Below the pieces are notes generated by a model that saw only the letters and a list, made by a program, of their open reading frames with translations, ran no database searches and had not been told where the DNA came from. Made by a program: the position numbers and the translations under genes. Source: Minisyncoccota bacterium (GTDB lineage: Bacteria > Patescibacteriota > Minisyncoccia > Phycocordibacterales > UBA6065). Taken from it: 64,000 nt of DNA. Shown here piece by piece: positions 1-9,630 of the stretch; position 1 is the stretch's first letter; each line of letters begins with the position of its first letter. The DNA is taken from assembly GCA_035546035.1 (NCBI GenBank), contig DASZXC010000008.1, positions 5,202-69,201 of the forward strand, read 5' to 3'.

Positions 1-188
1 TTGCAGTTCGAGATAACCTCGAAGTCGTCAGTGGAAACATAGAGCCACGGCTTTTCTCCCGCGGATTCCCAGACAATGAAAGGGGGCAGCTGTACGACCG
101 CCCCCTTGAGAGCGTCCGCCGCTTTCGCGGCAGAGAGTCCGAAGACAGCCCAGAGGACTGCCGTAAGGACGCGAAATTGCGAATTCAC
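1..188 (-). CDS. Partial CDS (N-terminus only; continues beyond window start): hypothetical secreted protein with signal-peptide-like N-terminus (VNSQFRVLTAVLWAVFGLSAAKAADA...)
   Basis: Open frame to window edge on minus strand. GTG start at 186-188 is preceded by an AGGAGG Shine-Dalgarno (plus-strand cctcct at 195-200). The N-terminus is hydrophobic. The ORF-track 73-aa ORF 28..249 is in a different frame and looks like a shadow. Confidence 0.3.
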   Translation of the reverse strand, partial: MNSQFRVLTAVLWAVFGLSAAKAADALKGAVVQLPPFIVWESAGEKPWLYVSTDDFEVISNC

Positions 189-274
189 GACTAACCTCCT
201 TTGTTATGTATGGTTTGTGACCCTTTGGTATTAAAGAGCCTTCATCCAAACTCTACTCCTCTATAGGGGATTGT

Positions 275-682
275 CTATACCCCCTTGTTAGTACGTCCGG
301 CAACCGAAAAACGGCCTGCTCCGGTCGCGATAAGCGAGAGCGCGGCCGCGAATATGGCGATAGTCGGCATAATGGCCTGGGATACGGGCATATTCATAGC
401 AGGAGCCATCTGGTAGCTGTAATACGTCGCGCCGATCATGATGATGGCCAGGCCCGTAGAAGCGAGCTCGGTCCAAAGGCCTATAACGAGGGCGATGCCG
501 CCGAGGATCTCAGCATACGAGATCACGTACGCGAGGAACGAAGGAAGGCCGAGCTGGCTGAAGAAGCCCAAGGTCATAGTCATATCCGAGGCCTTCACCC
601 ATCCCGCGAAAATGAATATACCGCCGATGATGAGGCGTACAATGAGGCTGATAATATCCGCGCGCTTGCTGTTCATAGACAA
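275..682 (-). CDS. DoxX-family small membrane protein
   Basis: 135 aa with 4 predicted TM helices and DoxX-like composition (GGIFIFAGWVK..., LGLPSFLAYVISYAEILGGIALVIGLW). Confidence 0.5.
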   Translation of the reverse strand: MSMNSKRADIISLIVRLIIGGIFIFAGWVKASDMTMTLGFFSQLGLPSFLAYVISYAEILGGIALVIGLWTELASTGLAIIMIGATYYSYQMAPAMNMPVSQAIMPTIAIFAAALSLIATGAGRFSVAGRTNKGV

Positions 683-775
683 AAATAAGCTGCTTGTAAT
701 GCATATATGATATCAGAAAAGGAAAGGCGCCGCTCCTGACAGGAGCGGCGCCTTATTCCCCTTCTCAAGCAGAGA

Positions 776-1465
776 CTATTCGCGGGACTTGATCTCCTCG
801 CGCGTCCTCTCGATCCAGTGAGCCGCGGCGTTCTGGCCGCCCAGACCGAATGCGAGACCGAATGCGAGCGAGAGCGCTACGACGACTCCGGTGAAGAGCG
901 TCTGGATGAAGGTGACCGCGATGCCGAGCTGCACGAGCGCGGTAAGGAGGCCGAAGATCCAGATAGCCCATTTCGTGACGGCACCGAGGAAGTTGGCCGA
1001 CCTCACGCCGGTAGCGCGAGCCGAGCCGGAGACGACCTTCGAAAGCGCGTCAGCGATGACGACGGAGACGAGGAGGATGAGGACCGCCACTATCACCTGC
1101 GGGAGATAGAGCAATACGACGCTCTGGAGGAAGACGTTGACCTGATTGAGGCCGAGGACTTCGAACGAAGCGACGAGGAAGGCTACGATGATGAACCACT
1201 CGACGAGGCCGCCGATGAAGGCGCCCGAGTTGAGCGAGAAGCCCGCCCTCTTTACTACCGATCCAAAGCCGGCCTGCTCAAGGGCCGCGTCGAGCTTTAT
1301 CGAGCGGATGAGATGAGCGATGAGGCGACCGATGAGAGCGCCGACGATCCAGCCAATGACGAAAATGACGATGGCCGCGAGCAGATTAGGAAGAATGGAA
1401 GCGGTGCCTGCCCAGATGCCCTGGAAAGCGCCCGTAACCGAGTTTCCCCATGCTTGAAGTACCAT
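776..1465 (-). CDS. Integral membrane protein with conserved TM-helix repeats (MscS N-terminal-like family)
   Basis: 229 aa, very hydrophobic, with repeated amphipathic/TM segments. Weak family recognition only. Confidence 0.45.
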   Translation of the reverse strand: MVLQAWGNSVTGAFQGIWAGTASILPNLLAAIVIFVIGWIVGALIGRLIAHLIRSIKLDAALEQAGFGSVVKRAGFSLNSGAFIGGLVEWFIIVAFLVASFEVLGLNQVNVFLQSVVLLYLPQVIVAVLILLVSVVIADALSKVVSGSARATGVRSANFLGAVTKWAIWIFGLLTALVQLGIAVTFIQTLFTGVVVALSLAFGLAFGLGGQNAAAHWIERTREEIKSRE

Positions 1466-1571
1466 AAAACTTAAAAGATTAACGGAATAATGCCTAATAA
1501 TTTAACCTCAATAATTATAGCAATTAAAAATCCCGCAAGCGCAAGGCTTGGGGATAAAGAAACGGCCTTGT

Positions 1572-2195
1572 TTAGCGGGCTATTCCGATCTTGTCGAGCA
1601 AGACCATATGCGGAAAATCGATGACGTCGCGCACGAGCTTATCATTCATGGATACGCGGTATGCATAATCAGGGCCTGAAAGCACCGTATAGCGTATATC
1701 CTTGCCCATATCGGACTCTATCCCCTTTACGATCCGGTCCATAGAGGAATTCTTGACGTTATCGCCCACGACGAAGAGGTCGAGGCGGCTGTCCGTATTT
1801 CCCGTGAATATCCCCGACACGACGACGGCTTTGATGCGGCCGGCTTTCTCGAGCCTCTTGATGACGGCTCTGTTTTCGAGCGAATGGGTCTTGAGGAGGA
1901 AATCCGCAAGCGCTTCGCGATATTTAAAGCGATGATCGAGGGCGAATGCACGGACTTTGGCCCTTTTCTCTATTACCTGCCTGCCCTTCTTTATTTTTAT
2001 GATGCGGACGGCGCGGACTTTCTTCAAGAGGCCCATTTTCACGAATGCCGCCGCCTCTTTTTCTATGTCCCTCGGCTTCTCGCCCGTCTTCGCGACGATC
2101 TCGCTCGCATCGAATTCCCTGTCCGGATTAAAGAGGAAAAGCCTCATCATCCGTACGCGGAGCTCGCTGCCGAGAAGGTTTGAGAGTATGGTCAT
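1572..2195 (-). CDS. Hypothetical protein
   Basis: 207-aa ORF immediately downstream of rplL after a strong hairpin. It is basic and has no family I recognise. It is not uL1. Confidence 0.4.
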   Translation of the reverse strand: MTILSNLLGSELRVRMMRLFLFNPDREFDASEIVAKTGEKPRDIEKEAAAFVKMGLLKKVRAVRIIKIKKGRQVIEKRAKVRAFALDHRFKYREALADFLLKTHSLENRAVIKRLEKAGRIKAVVVSGIFTGNTDSRLDLFVVGDNVKNSSMDRIVKGIESDMGKDIRYTVLSGPDYAYRVSMNDKLVRDVIDFPHMVLLDKIGIAR

Positions 2196-2253
2196 GAGGT
2201 CGTGGAGTTAAGCGGTTAGTACGGACGAAGTATACCTCAACAGAGAACCCCCG

Positions 2254-2300
2254 CACAATATAAAATCACCCAGCACTCAGCGGGGTGATTTTATATTGTG
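2254..2300. terminator. Long perfect hairpin between rplL and the next gene; likely intrinsic terminator
   Basis: 18-bp stem, cacaatataaaatcaccc / gggtgattttatattgtg, with an 11-nt loop. It sits just 3' of the rplL stop. Confidence 0.5.
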
Positions 2301-2307
2301 CGCGGTC

Positions 2308-2688
2308 TTACTTAAGTTCGACCTTTCCGCCTGCCGCCTCGATATCCTTCTTGAGCTTCTCTGCGTCCTCTTTTTTGACGCCTTCCTTGAGAACCTTCGG
2401 AGCGCCGTCGACGAGATCCTTAGCCTCCTTGAGGCCGAGGCCGAGGGCCTCCTTAACGACCTTGATGACGTTGATCTTCGAAGCGCCGCCGTCCTTGAGC
2501 TCTACGGTGAACGTAGACTTCTCTTCGCCGCCCGCTGCTGCTGCGCCGGCTGCCGGAGCTGCCGCTACCGCCGCTGCGGATACGCCGAACTTCTCCTCGA
2601 GGTGCTTCACGAGCTCGTGAAGGTCGAGAACCGACATCGTCTCGAGACCGTCGACGATTGCCTTGAACTTTGCTGGGGTGTCTGCCAT
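2308..2688 (-). CDS. rplL: 50S ribosomal protein L7/L12
   Basis: 126 aa. Ala-rich flexible hinge followed by a C-terminal domain ([34 protein letters not shown]). Located directly after rplJ. Confidence 0.95.
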   Translation of the reverse strand: MADTPAKFKAIVDGLETMSVLDLHELVKHLEEKFGVSAAAVAAAPAAGAAAAGGEEKSTFTVELKDGGASKINVIKVVKEALGLGLKEAKDLVDGAPKVLKEGVKKEDAEKLKKDIEAAGGKVELK

Positions 2689-2710
2689 ATGATTTTTATA
2701 ATTTGAGTAA

Positions 2711-3229
2711 TTATGCCGCCGGGGTCTCTGCCGGAGCCGCCGTTCCCTTCTTCTTCGCTATCTCGCTGATCGCGATGACGCTGCGCTGGATAGGAGAATT
2801 GAAGAGATTGACGATCTGGGCATAGAGCGTCTCCCTGCTTGGGATCGAGCTGTAGGTCACGACCTCGTCCTTCGAGATGTACTTTCCTTCGAAAATACCG
2901 CCGAGGATGGAGAGCATGCCCTTGTTCTTCTTGAGGAATCCGCCGACTTCTCGGGACGAAGCGAGATTTTCGGTCGCGTATGCGACTGCGACTTCGCCGG
3001 CCATGTCAGGCTTTGCGCCTTCGATCTTTGCCGCGTCGAGAGCTCGGTTGAGGAGAGTCTTCTTGGCTACGATGTAACCGACGCCCTGGGCTTTGAAAGC
3101 CAAGCGCATCTTGTTAGCGTCGTTCACCTTGAGGCCTTTGAAGCCTACGAAGACCGCGCCCTTAGAATCCTTCAAGACAGCTTCGAGCTCTTTGACGAGC
3201 TCCTTCTTCTTGTCTTTGGTGATTGGCAT
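2711..3229 (-). CDS. rplJ: 50S ribosomal protein L10
   Basis: 172 aa, L10-like, upstream of rplL in the conserved order. Confidence 0.85.
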   Translation of the reverse strand: MPITKDKKKELVKELEAVLKDSKGAVFVGFKGLKVNDANKMRLAFKAQGVGYIVAKKTLLNRALDAAKIEGAKPDMAGEVAVAYATENLASSREVGGFLKKNKGMLSILGGIFEGKYISKDEVVTYSSIPSRETLYAQIVNLFNSPIQRSVIAISEIAKKKGTAAPAETPAA

Positions 3230-3442
3230 TATTTCAATGCTTTACCTGCTTATAAATAAAAGGCCGCCGGAAGTTCCCATGAACTATGGCGGAGGAGTTG
3301 AGATCAGCGCGCGCAGAGCGCGACGCTGAATTCGACCTCGAGCGGGCTTGCCCGGGCTTTCGCCCCTAGGATTATGGCTCTTTCGAGCCGCCGCGCTTTC
3401 TCCGGCCTTTCGGAATCCATACTACCAAAATCGGCGATTCTG

Positions 3443-4741
3443 TCAAAATACGGATTTTACGGCCGCGATCAGATCCGTCGAACGGAAATAGGTCGAAAGC
3501 TCGCTCTTCCAATTCGGATCTTTTATGGAAACGTCGGGCACGACGCCGTTCGATTCGACAGGCTGATTGTCGTCGCGGAGCGTAAGGCTGTGAACGAGGA
3601 GCATCGAGTATCTCTCGCTCGGATCGATGACGGTCTCGATCGGAAACGTATTCTCGACGGTGCCCCATCCGCGCGTCGTTTCCCCGACCGAATGCGCGAG
3701 GCCGAGGCGCTTCATGGCGGCGGTCGTCACTTCAGCCGTCGACTGGCTCGCCCCATCGGTCAATATGGCGATCTCTTTGTATCGTCCGAGCTCGGCGAAT
3801 TTCGGCGCGGTCGTGCGCTGCGGCTTGTATTCGCCCTGATGGTACAGGTCATATGCGTACTGATTCTCTCCTATGAAAAGCCCGACGAATGCGGCCGCGA
3901 AGTCGAGCGATCCGCCCAGATTGCCGCGAAGGTCTATGATCATACTCGATAGGCCGGGCGTAGTCGTCGCTGACAGGATCGTCCTACCGAATTCGATGAA
4001 CGTCGTCGGCGATATGCTTGAAATGCTCACGTAAAGCGTCTTCCCTACCGCTTTGCTTTTGACCGTCGGCTCTATACCGCCCGCGTCATAGAGGTCTTTG
4101 GTATTCGGATTGGCGAGCACCTCCTTTGCATACGACACCTGTTCGAGCTCCTTTCGCGCTTCGGACGATGTCTTGGCTTCTGCGGCAAGGACCTTCTGCT
4201 TTTCCTCTGCTGCTTTGTTCACGTCTTCGGCGCTCGCGCCTGCGGCCAAGCCGAGGTCCTGATAGAGATTCTTCTCCGGATGGATATTGCTTACCCCCTG
4301 GCGCAGTTCGGTTTCCTGTACGGCGGAAAGGAGCTGCCCATGCCCCACGGGCTGCAGGTTATAGAGAGCGATGATGAGCGTATCCACGACCATCTGCTTT
4401 TTTGCGGCAGTGGACGTCGCGGCATCGATCGCGGTCTTGAGCATTTCTGCCGTCCCGACGCGGTTGCGAGTCGCGAGAAGCGGCACGACGGGGCTATTCA
4501 GGGCTTTCTGGAGCGAAAGCTGGAAATGGTCCGCCACCTGCTCTTCCGTCGTCGAAGCCCAGTAATTCTCGCGGATCTTGTCGTACGCTTCCATACCGAA
4601 ACGCACGTATGGGTCGGATTCTTCAGGAGTTTTATATGTCGCTTCAGCGGCGCGAGAATTCAGGCTGTGGAGCGTTGCGAACACGGCACCGCCGGCAAGT
4701 GCGAGAGAAAGGACAATAACGACGATACGTTTCAATGACAT
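3443..4741 (-). CDS. C-terminal processing (tail-specific) peptidase, S41 family, with N-terminal TM anchor and a J-domain-like insert
   Basis: S41 motifs are present (IIDLRGNLGG, TDGASQSTAEV). Confidence 0.75.
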   Translation of the reverse strand: MSLKRIVVIVLSLALAGGAVFATLHSLNSRAAEATYKTPEESDPYVRFGMEAYDKIRENYWASTTEEQVADHFQLSLQKALNSPVVPLLATRNRVGTAEMLKTAIDAATSTAAKKQMVVDTLIIALYNLQPVGHGQLLSAVQETELRQGVSNIHPEKNLYQDLGLAAGASAEDVNKAAEEKQKVLAAEAKTSSEARKELEQVSYAKEVLANPNTKDLYDAGGIEPTVKSKAVGKTLYVSISSISPTTFIEFGRTILSATTTPGLSSMIIDLRGNLGGSLDFAAAFVGLFIGENQYAYDLYHQGEYKPQRTTAPKFAELGRYKEIAILTDGASQSTAEVTTAAMKRLGLAHSVGETTRGWGTVENTFPIETVIDPSERYSMLLVHSLTLRDDNQPVESNGVVPDVSIKDPNWKSELSTYFRSTDLIAAVKSVF

Positions 4742-7317
4742 GTAGAGGGGGCATTAGTAATTCCTCGAAGGAGGCAGAAGCATATGGCCCGGAGCGAAGA
4801 AAAGAGTTTAGTCAGTATTGTGCACGCGAGCTTATAGGCTTCAGTATACCAGAAAGACGGCGCGGTCCTTGAAATTATGGCCGCGGAAATGGATGCATTC
4901 GCAGGCTTTTCATTATCTTCTTCCACGTCGTTGGTAAAAATCACGACCTTTTCGTGAGAATTGTCGTGAATAGTATCAGAAGTTGCGCTAGGCATAGCGA
5001 CAAGAGCTTTTCTGCTTGGTGGCATAGGCCTCAACGCCGCACCTGGCTCCGTATCCGTTGGGACTGGCGGAGCAGGCGCTTCCGCCGAGGTCCCTCTTTC
5101 TTCAATTCCCTGCACCGCACCATCAATAATTTTCAATTCCAGGCTTCTACTTTCGCTGGGCGTGATCTGATCAGTAAAACTTGAAAAAGACGAGGTTGCA
5201 TCGGAGACAGACTCGGTCTCGACGGTATATTCACCATATCCAGTGCCTTGAACTTCGATTTCATATGTTCCGTCTATTGGATCAGGGATAGATATGAAGT
5301 GGATTTCAGCGTCATCGCCTGAATAAAATACTCCCGGAGTATCGAGGGCATCTTCTCCTACCGGAGATAGGACGCTCATCTTCGCCGGAGAATGCATAGA
5401 TATAATGAGGATATCTCGAGGCATAAAAAACGGACCTGATGAAGAGATAGGCGTAGTCGTCGCGCCGAGCATATCCAAGACGAGCGATGCCGCCTTGTCA
5501 GGCAATTCAGAATGAGTCGATGCGATCGGCGTATCTGACCCCATATAAAGAAAGGCGCTCCGCATAGGCACCGTGCCATCGCCGAGATCATATTCAAAAC
5601 CGATCGGCGTTCCATGCATCCATTTTTCAGAGGTCGTCGCGCCCTTGTCCGCGGTGATGATCGAAAGAGTATTCGTACCGCTATTCCCGACGATATTGCC
5701 TACCCTCAATGATGGATTGCTTAAAGAGTTTTTATTTCGATCGAGATTCTCAAGGAAAAGATTCGCCGGATAGCCGTCAGGATAGAAGGCCGGCTTATTG
5801 TAATCAGTCGTATCGATATATCCGTATATGGGCAGAAGCTCACTTACGGAAGGAACTTCGCCGCTTCGCATATAGCTCAAAGCACCCTTATATCCATGTG
5901 CCCGGGCATAGAGATCGATGAGGATTTTAAGCACCCTGTCCCACAGAGAATTACTGCCCATCTCCCCTCCTTCAGCCATAAGATATGCCAAAGGAGCGCC
6001 GTGCTGGGGAGTGCCAAGGAATATAAGATCGGCCACGTCGTTTCTGTAATCGACGGATTCTATGTACGATCTGACCGCGAGACCTCCCATCGAGTGAGCG
6101 ACGACGTCTACTTTCGGGCAGCCGCAGATATGTTTTATCTCCTCGATCCTATCTTTTAGAGCATTGCCTGTATCCACGTTCGATCTTCTCCAATCATACG
6201 GAAAGGTAAAAAGGGTCGAGGTCCCGTAGCCGACCCTCTCAAGCACGGTCACGAGTCCGTCGTATGTATGGAAGACGGGATCTAAAATCCATTTAGTTCC
6301 TAATTGAAATGAGCCGAGGATACCAGGAACGATGACGACCGGCCTTTTAAGAGAGGACTCTCCGAGATTCTGCTCTAACGCAGCCGTTTTTTCGGTTGAA
6401 GTCGCTCCGACATCGGGAGAATATGTGAGCCATGGGAAAAAATCGGTTCGCGGAAAGATCCATGACCCTATGCCTGCAATATTATCGCTATATCTCGGCC
6501 CTGACTGGTCTCCCCACCAATTGTTAATTGCCGTAACAGTTCCAGCGTAGGCAGAGAGCACATCGACCCCATTCTCTATACCGATGAAACTCGAGTTCTG
6601 TATAGAGATATCGCCTCCTTCGATATGCACCCCTTCTTTTCCATTAAGAAAGAGCGAATCGGTGATTCTAAGGACTCCCGTAGATTCTACGGACAGAGCT
6701 GCCCATGCGGGCGCGTTGAATGTAGAATACGTTACCGACAGATTGCCCCTCACAAGGATCATCGGCAGATCAGTGCAGCCGGTATGACAGGAATGCTCGC
6801 CTCCATATTCGACGACCACGTGAGAAAAGATGCTTTGGGAACCTGCGTCTATGATGATCGGATCTTCCCAATCCCCGGCAATGGGATTTTGAGAATTCGA
6901 TGTAAAGACAATCGGCTCTTCGGCAGTTCCACGAGCCTCGATATTGCCGAGCGCATCGAGGAAAAAGCCGTCGGCCATACGGACCTCGACTCCGGGTTCG
7001 ATTGAGAGCGTTAAGTCCTCCGGGATATTGAGGCCTCGATCTAATATATAAGGACTTCCCTCCTTTATCCATGAAGTGGAAGAAGCGAGAGTCTCGTCAG
7101 CGATTACTGTCGAAGCATGAGCAAAATCGGCCCATGACCAAGCACATATAATAAGAAGGAGGGGACGGAGAAAATGACTACCGTACGGTCGCAGTCTGCG
7201 CTGATTCTCCTTTTTCCTGAAAATGTCCGGTGATATAGAGGATACCGAGAGACGCCAGGATGATAGCGCCGAGGCCGAGAGCGAATCTAAAGAAATCTTT
7301 GTCGAACATGGCTTCAT
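4732..7317 (-). CDS. Membrane-anchored extracellular LCAT-like alpha/beta-hydrolase (lipase/acyltransferase) fused to an N-terminal parallel beta-helix domain
   Basis: 861 aa. A TM/signal-anchor segment lies at about aa 55-75. Beta-helix-like repeats follow. The hydrolase domain has FPYDWRRS, nucleophile elbow VVAHSMGG and GDGTVP. A Ser/Thr-rich C-terminal region ends the protein. Confidence 0.65.
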   Translation of the reverse strand: MKPCSTKISLDSLSASALSSWRLSVSSISPDIFRKKENQRRLRPYGSHFLRPLLLIICAWSWADFAHASTVIADETLASSTSWIKEGSPYILDRGLNIPEDLTLSIEPGVEVRMADGFFLDALGNIEARGTAEEPIVFTSNSQNPIAGDWEDPIIIDAGSQSIFSHVVVEYGGEHSCHTGCTDLPMILVRGNLSVTYSTFNAPAWAALSVESTGVLRITDSLFLNGKEGVHIEGGDISIQNSSFIGIENGVDVLSAYAGTVTAINNWWGDQSGPRYSDNIAGIGSWIFPRTDFFPWLTYSPDVGATSTEKTAALEQNLGESSLKRPVVIVPGILGSFQLGTKWILDPVFHTYDGLVTVLERVGYGTSTLFTFPYDWRRSNVDTGNALKDRIEEIKHICGCPKVDVVAHSMGGLAVRSYIESVDYRNDVADLIFLGTPQHGAPLAYLMAEGGEMGSNSLWDRVLKILIDLYARAHGYKGALSYMRSGEVPSVSELLPIYGYIDTTDYNKPAFYPDGYPANLFLENLDRNKNSLSNPSLRVGNIVGNSGTNTLSIITADKGATTSEKWMHGTPIGFEYDLGDGTVPMRSAFLYMGSDTPIASTHSELPDKAASLVLDMLGATTTPISSSGPFFMPRDILIISMHSPAKMSVLSPVGEDALDTPGVFYSGDDAEIHFISIPDPIDGTYEIEVQGTGYGEYTVETESVSDATSSFSSFTDQITPSESRSLELKIIDGAVQGIEERGTSAEAPAPPVPTDTEPGAALRPMPPSRKALVAMPSATSDTIHDNSHEKVVIFTNDVEEDNEKPANASISAAIISRTAPSFWYTEAYKLACTILTKLFSSLRAICFCLLRGITNAPSTCH

Positions 7318-7344
7318 AGTAGCATTCTTGGTAAGGCTTATAAA

Positions 7345-8619
7345 TCATTTCTCGAGCGCTCTTATGAGACGGGATCTCACCTCTTCGAGAGTGAGATCTC
7401 CTGCATAAGGTTGAACCGACGTCTGGGCGATCACTTTTCCTGACGGATTTGCTATGCGGATGAAATCCTTGGGTGAGTCGATATTGACCATATCGAGAGG
7501 GATCTCAATGGATGAAAGCGGGAGAATAATCGTGTCTTGAGGGAATGCGAACCTCTTTTCAGAGTCTTCAAGGATAAATCCGCCGATATTCACTTCTCCT
7601 TTACCTTGATTCGACAGCAGCATCCGTCCAGGTAAAAGGGATAGCGCTATGGAGGGTTCGATTATCCTGACCTTCACCTTGGCGACAGCGTGGAATCCTC
7701 CATAATCAGTATTCGTAATCACGATATAATCGCCAGGATACTGATATGCATGCGAAACGATCTGTCCGATGAGAAGCGACCCGTCCCCCATCGTCCATAC
7801 GCTTCGCAGGCCAGAACCGACGGCAACGTCTTTCGACTTCTTTACCTTTGCTTCAAAGGAGAGCGGCGCGCCGACGAAGCCTATGCGCGGTCTTCCTGCG
7901 GTCACTTCGAATTGAGGAGCGTCATAGGAAGTGTTGGCGACCTCCTGACTGCTATGAGCCGAGGTATCCGAATCACCAGACGATGAAGAGCTTCCGCTGT
8001 CTGAGCCCATGGAATCGCCTGATTGATCATCGGTACTTCCGCCTTCTTCAGCGGGAGGAGCCGCGGATTCCGTTGCGATCGTCACCGATCCGACCGATAC
8101 GGCAGCGGCGATCCACTCTCCTGTTCCTGTTTTCTGCAAGGTATTTCCGTCACCGGCAGCGCCAATCATTGGATCATAAGAGACGCTATCCATAGATACG
8201 CCCGTATCATCATCAATGCTGATCGTCTCGCCTTCATTGCTCAAGGAAAAAGCGCTGTCGAAAAGAAGTCCTGAAAATCCCGGATTATCGATCTTGAACT
8301 TATCAGGATTGTCAGCGATGACTGCGAATCCGCCTGCCGGGAGAAGCGATTCGCCGATCACGGAAATCTTGTGATTTACGCCGCCCTCGACGAATCTCCA
8401 TGTTGAAAGGTCTACGGATTCCGATCCGGTATTCTGTACTTCGACCCATTCCCTGCCGGAATCGGTTCCCGGCGCGTCATACATGATTTCGGTTATCGCC
8501 GCGGCCGCTGAAACACCTAGAGGTATAGACGCAAAAAGCCAAACGAAAAGCATGAGTCTCCACGCCGCCGTGTCGGAAAATTTCGCCGGATATTTTTTAC
8601 GATAAGAAAGAGTCCGCAT
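7345..8619 (-). CDS. Secreted lamin-tail-domain (LTD) protein with PKD-like domain
   Basis: N-terminal signal peptide. LTD signature ITEIMYDAPGTDSGREWVEVQNTGSESVDLSTWRF. A Ser/Asp-rich linker follows. PKD-like motif TMGDGS...HAYQYPGDYIV. Confidence 0.65.
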   Translation of the reverse strand: MRTLSYRKKYPAKFSDTAAWRLMLFVWLFASIPLGVSAAAAITEIMYDAPGTDSGREWVEVQNTGSESVDLSTWRFVEGGVNHKISVIGESLLPAGGFAVIADNPDKFKIDNPGFSGLLFDSAFSLSNEGETISIDDDTGVSMDSVSYDPMIGAAGDGNTLQKTGTGEWIAAAVSVGSVTIATESAAPPAEEGGSTDDQSGDSMGSDSGSSSSSGDSDTSAHSSQEVANTSYDAPQFEVTAGRPRIGFVGAPLSFEAKVKKSKDVAVGSGLRSVWTMGDGSLLIGQIVSHAYQYPGDYIVITNTDYGGFHAVAKVKVRIIEPSIALSLLPGRMLLSNQGKGEVNIGGFILEDSEKRFAFPQDTIILPLSSIEIPLDMVNIDSPKDFIRIANPSGKVIAQTSVQPYAGDLTLEEVRSRLIRALEK

Positions 8620-8664
8620 GGAAACATGTTCGCATGCGGACTCTTAAGAGAGAGTGAGGGAAAT

Positions 8665-9630
8665 TTAATAACTTATACGGTCGACAATCAAACCGGAAAC
8701 ATCATACAAAGTAATAGTCTCTTTGTTCGCCGCCCACAATTCCCTCCCTTTGCCCAAGAATATGCGCCACTTTTTCAGGGAAAAGCCCGCGTCGTTCCTG
8801 TGGACCGCCACGCAGGCGGGATAGCTTAATCGCCCCGCCATGAATGCCCTGCACTGCGCCGTCTGCAGGTCATAATTGGTCTTGTCGTATTTGTACGGAT
8901 CCTCGCAACGGTTCAAAGACTGCATATAGTCATAGCATTCGCTCGTCACCGTGTTTATAGCCGGGTCGTTCGTCGGATACGGGCAGCGCTGCTCGAGGGC
9001 CGGCTCGAATGGATAGTTCTTCAGGTATCCTTCGCAGATATTCTCGCGGAACGAGGTAGAAATGGAATAAGGGAATTGGGAAAAAGCCTGACCCGTCGTA
9101 ACGACGGCCGTATCGCCCGCCGCCAAAAGGATATGCCCGACCTGGAACGATCCCGACGGATCGAGGAACTGCGTGCCCTGCCCGATCGTCGCCGAATCCG
9201 CCGTCGGATATATGTAGCTGTTCTGGCTTGTCTGGATCGGACGGGTTCCCTTGCCGTTGGTCAGCGTCCAACCCGTGATGTCAACCGACGTCTGGCCGTA
9301 GTTCTGGAGCGTCACGTATTCTTCGAACGGCTGTATAGAATAGCTCGCATTTCCCATGCCGAGCGACACTCTGCCCGCGTATGCCGATCGCTGCCCCGCG
9401 GGGATGTCGTCCGAATTGCCTCCGGAGCCGTAACTCGATCCGCCGCCCGTGCCCCCCGACCCGCCGTCGAGGAAGCCCAGAAGCGGGTTGTTGCCGCCGC
9501 TCGTCTGGCCGTATCCGCCCGGCGAATTGATGCTGCCTCCTCCGCCGATATTCGTCGGCACGTATTTCGCTGCCGATGCGAGGACGATGAAAATGACGCA
9601 GACCATGACGACGATGAGTGCGATCTTCAT
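8665..9630 (-). CDS. Secreted LTD-like protein with Gly-rich N-region and Cys-rich C-terminal domain (paralog of 61944..62816)
   Basis: The likely start is the internal Met (MKIALIVV...). The ORF track extends to 9690. LTD-like motif EEYVTLQNYGQTSVDITGWTL. The C-terminus CEGYLKNY..CPYP..YPACVAV..WRIFLGKGRELW..ITLYDVSG.IVDRISY is shared with the 290-aa protein at 61944. Confidence 0.6.
   Translation of the reverse strand: MKIALIVVMVCVIFIVLASAAKYVPTNIGGGGSINSPGGYGQTSGGNNPLLGFLDGGSGGTGGGSSYGSGGNSDDIPAGQRSAYAGRVSLGMGNASYSIQPFEEYVTLQNYGQTSVDITGWTLTNGKGTRPIQTSQNSYIYPTADSATIGQGTQFLDPSGSFQVGHILLAAGDTAVVTTGQAFSQFPYSISTSFRENICEGYLKNYPFEPALEQRCPYPTNDPAINTVTSECYDYMQSLNRCEDPYKYDKTNYDLQTAQCRAFMAGRLSYPACVAVHRNDAGFSLKKWRIFLGKGRELWAANKETITLYDVSGLIVDRISY

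Noticed and set aside
28-249. 73-aa minus-strand ORF from the track at the window start
   Set aside because: A different frame on the same strand has a GTG start with a strong AGGAGG SD and a signal-peptide-like N-terminus, and it stays open to the window edge. I regard the 73-aa frame as spurious.
818-1474. 218-aa plus-strand ORF, highly acidic (D/E-rich)
   Set aside because: It is fully antisense to the hydrophobic membrane-protein gene 776..1465. Its composition is the codon-shadow of a TM-rich gene in a GC-rich genome.
1572-2195. Possibility that the 207-aa ORF after rplL is the missing uL1
   Set aside because: The sequence has none of the uL1 signatures and is of a different length and composition. 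It remains a hypothetical protein.
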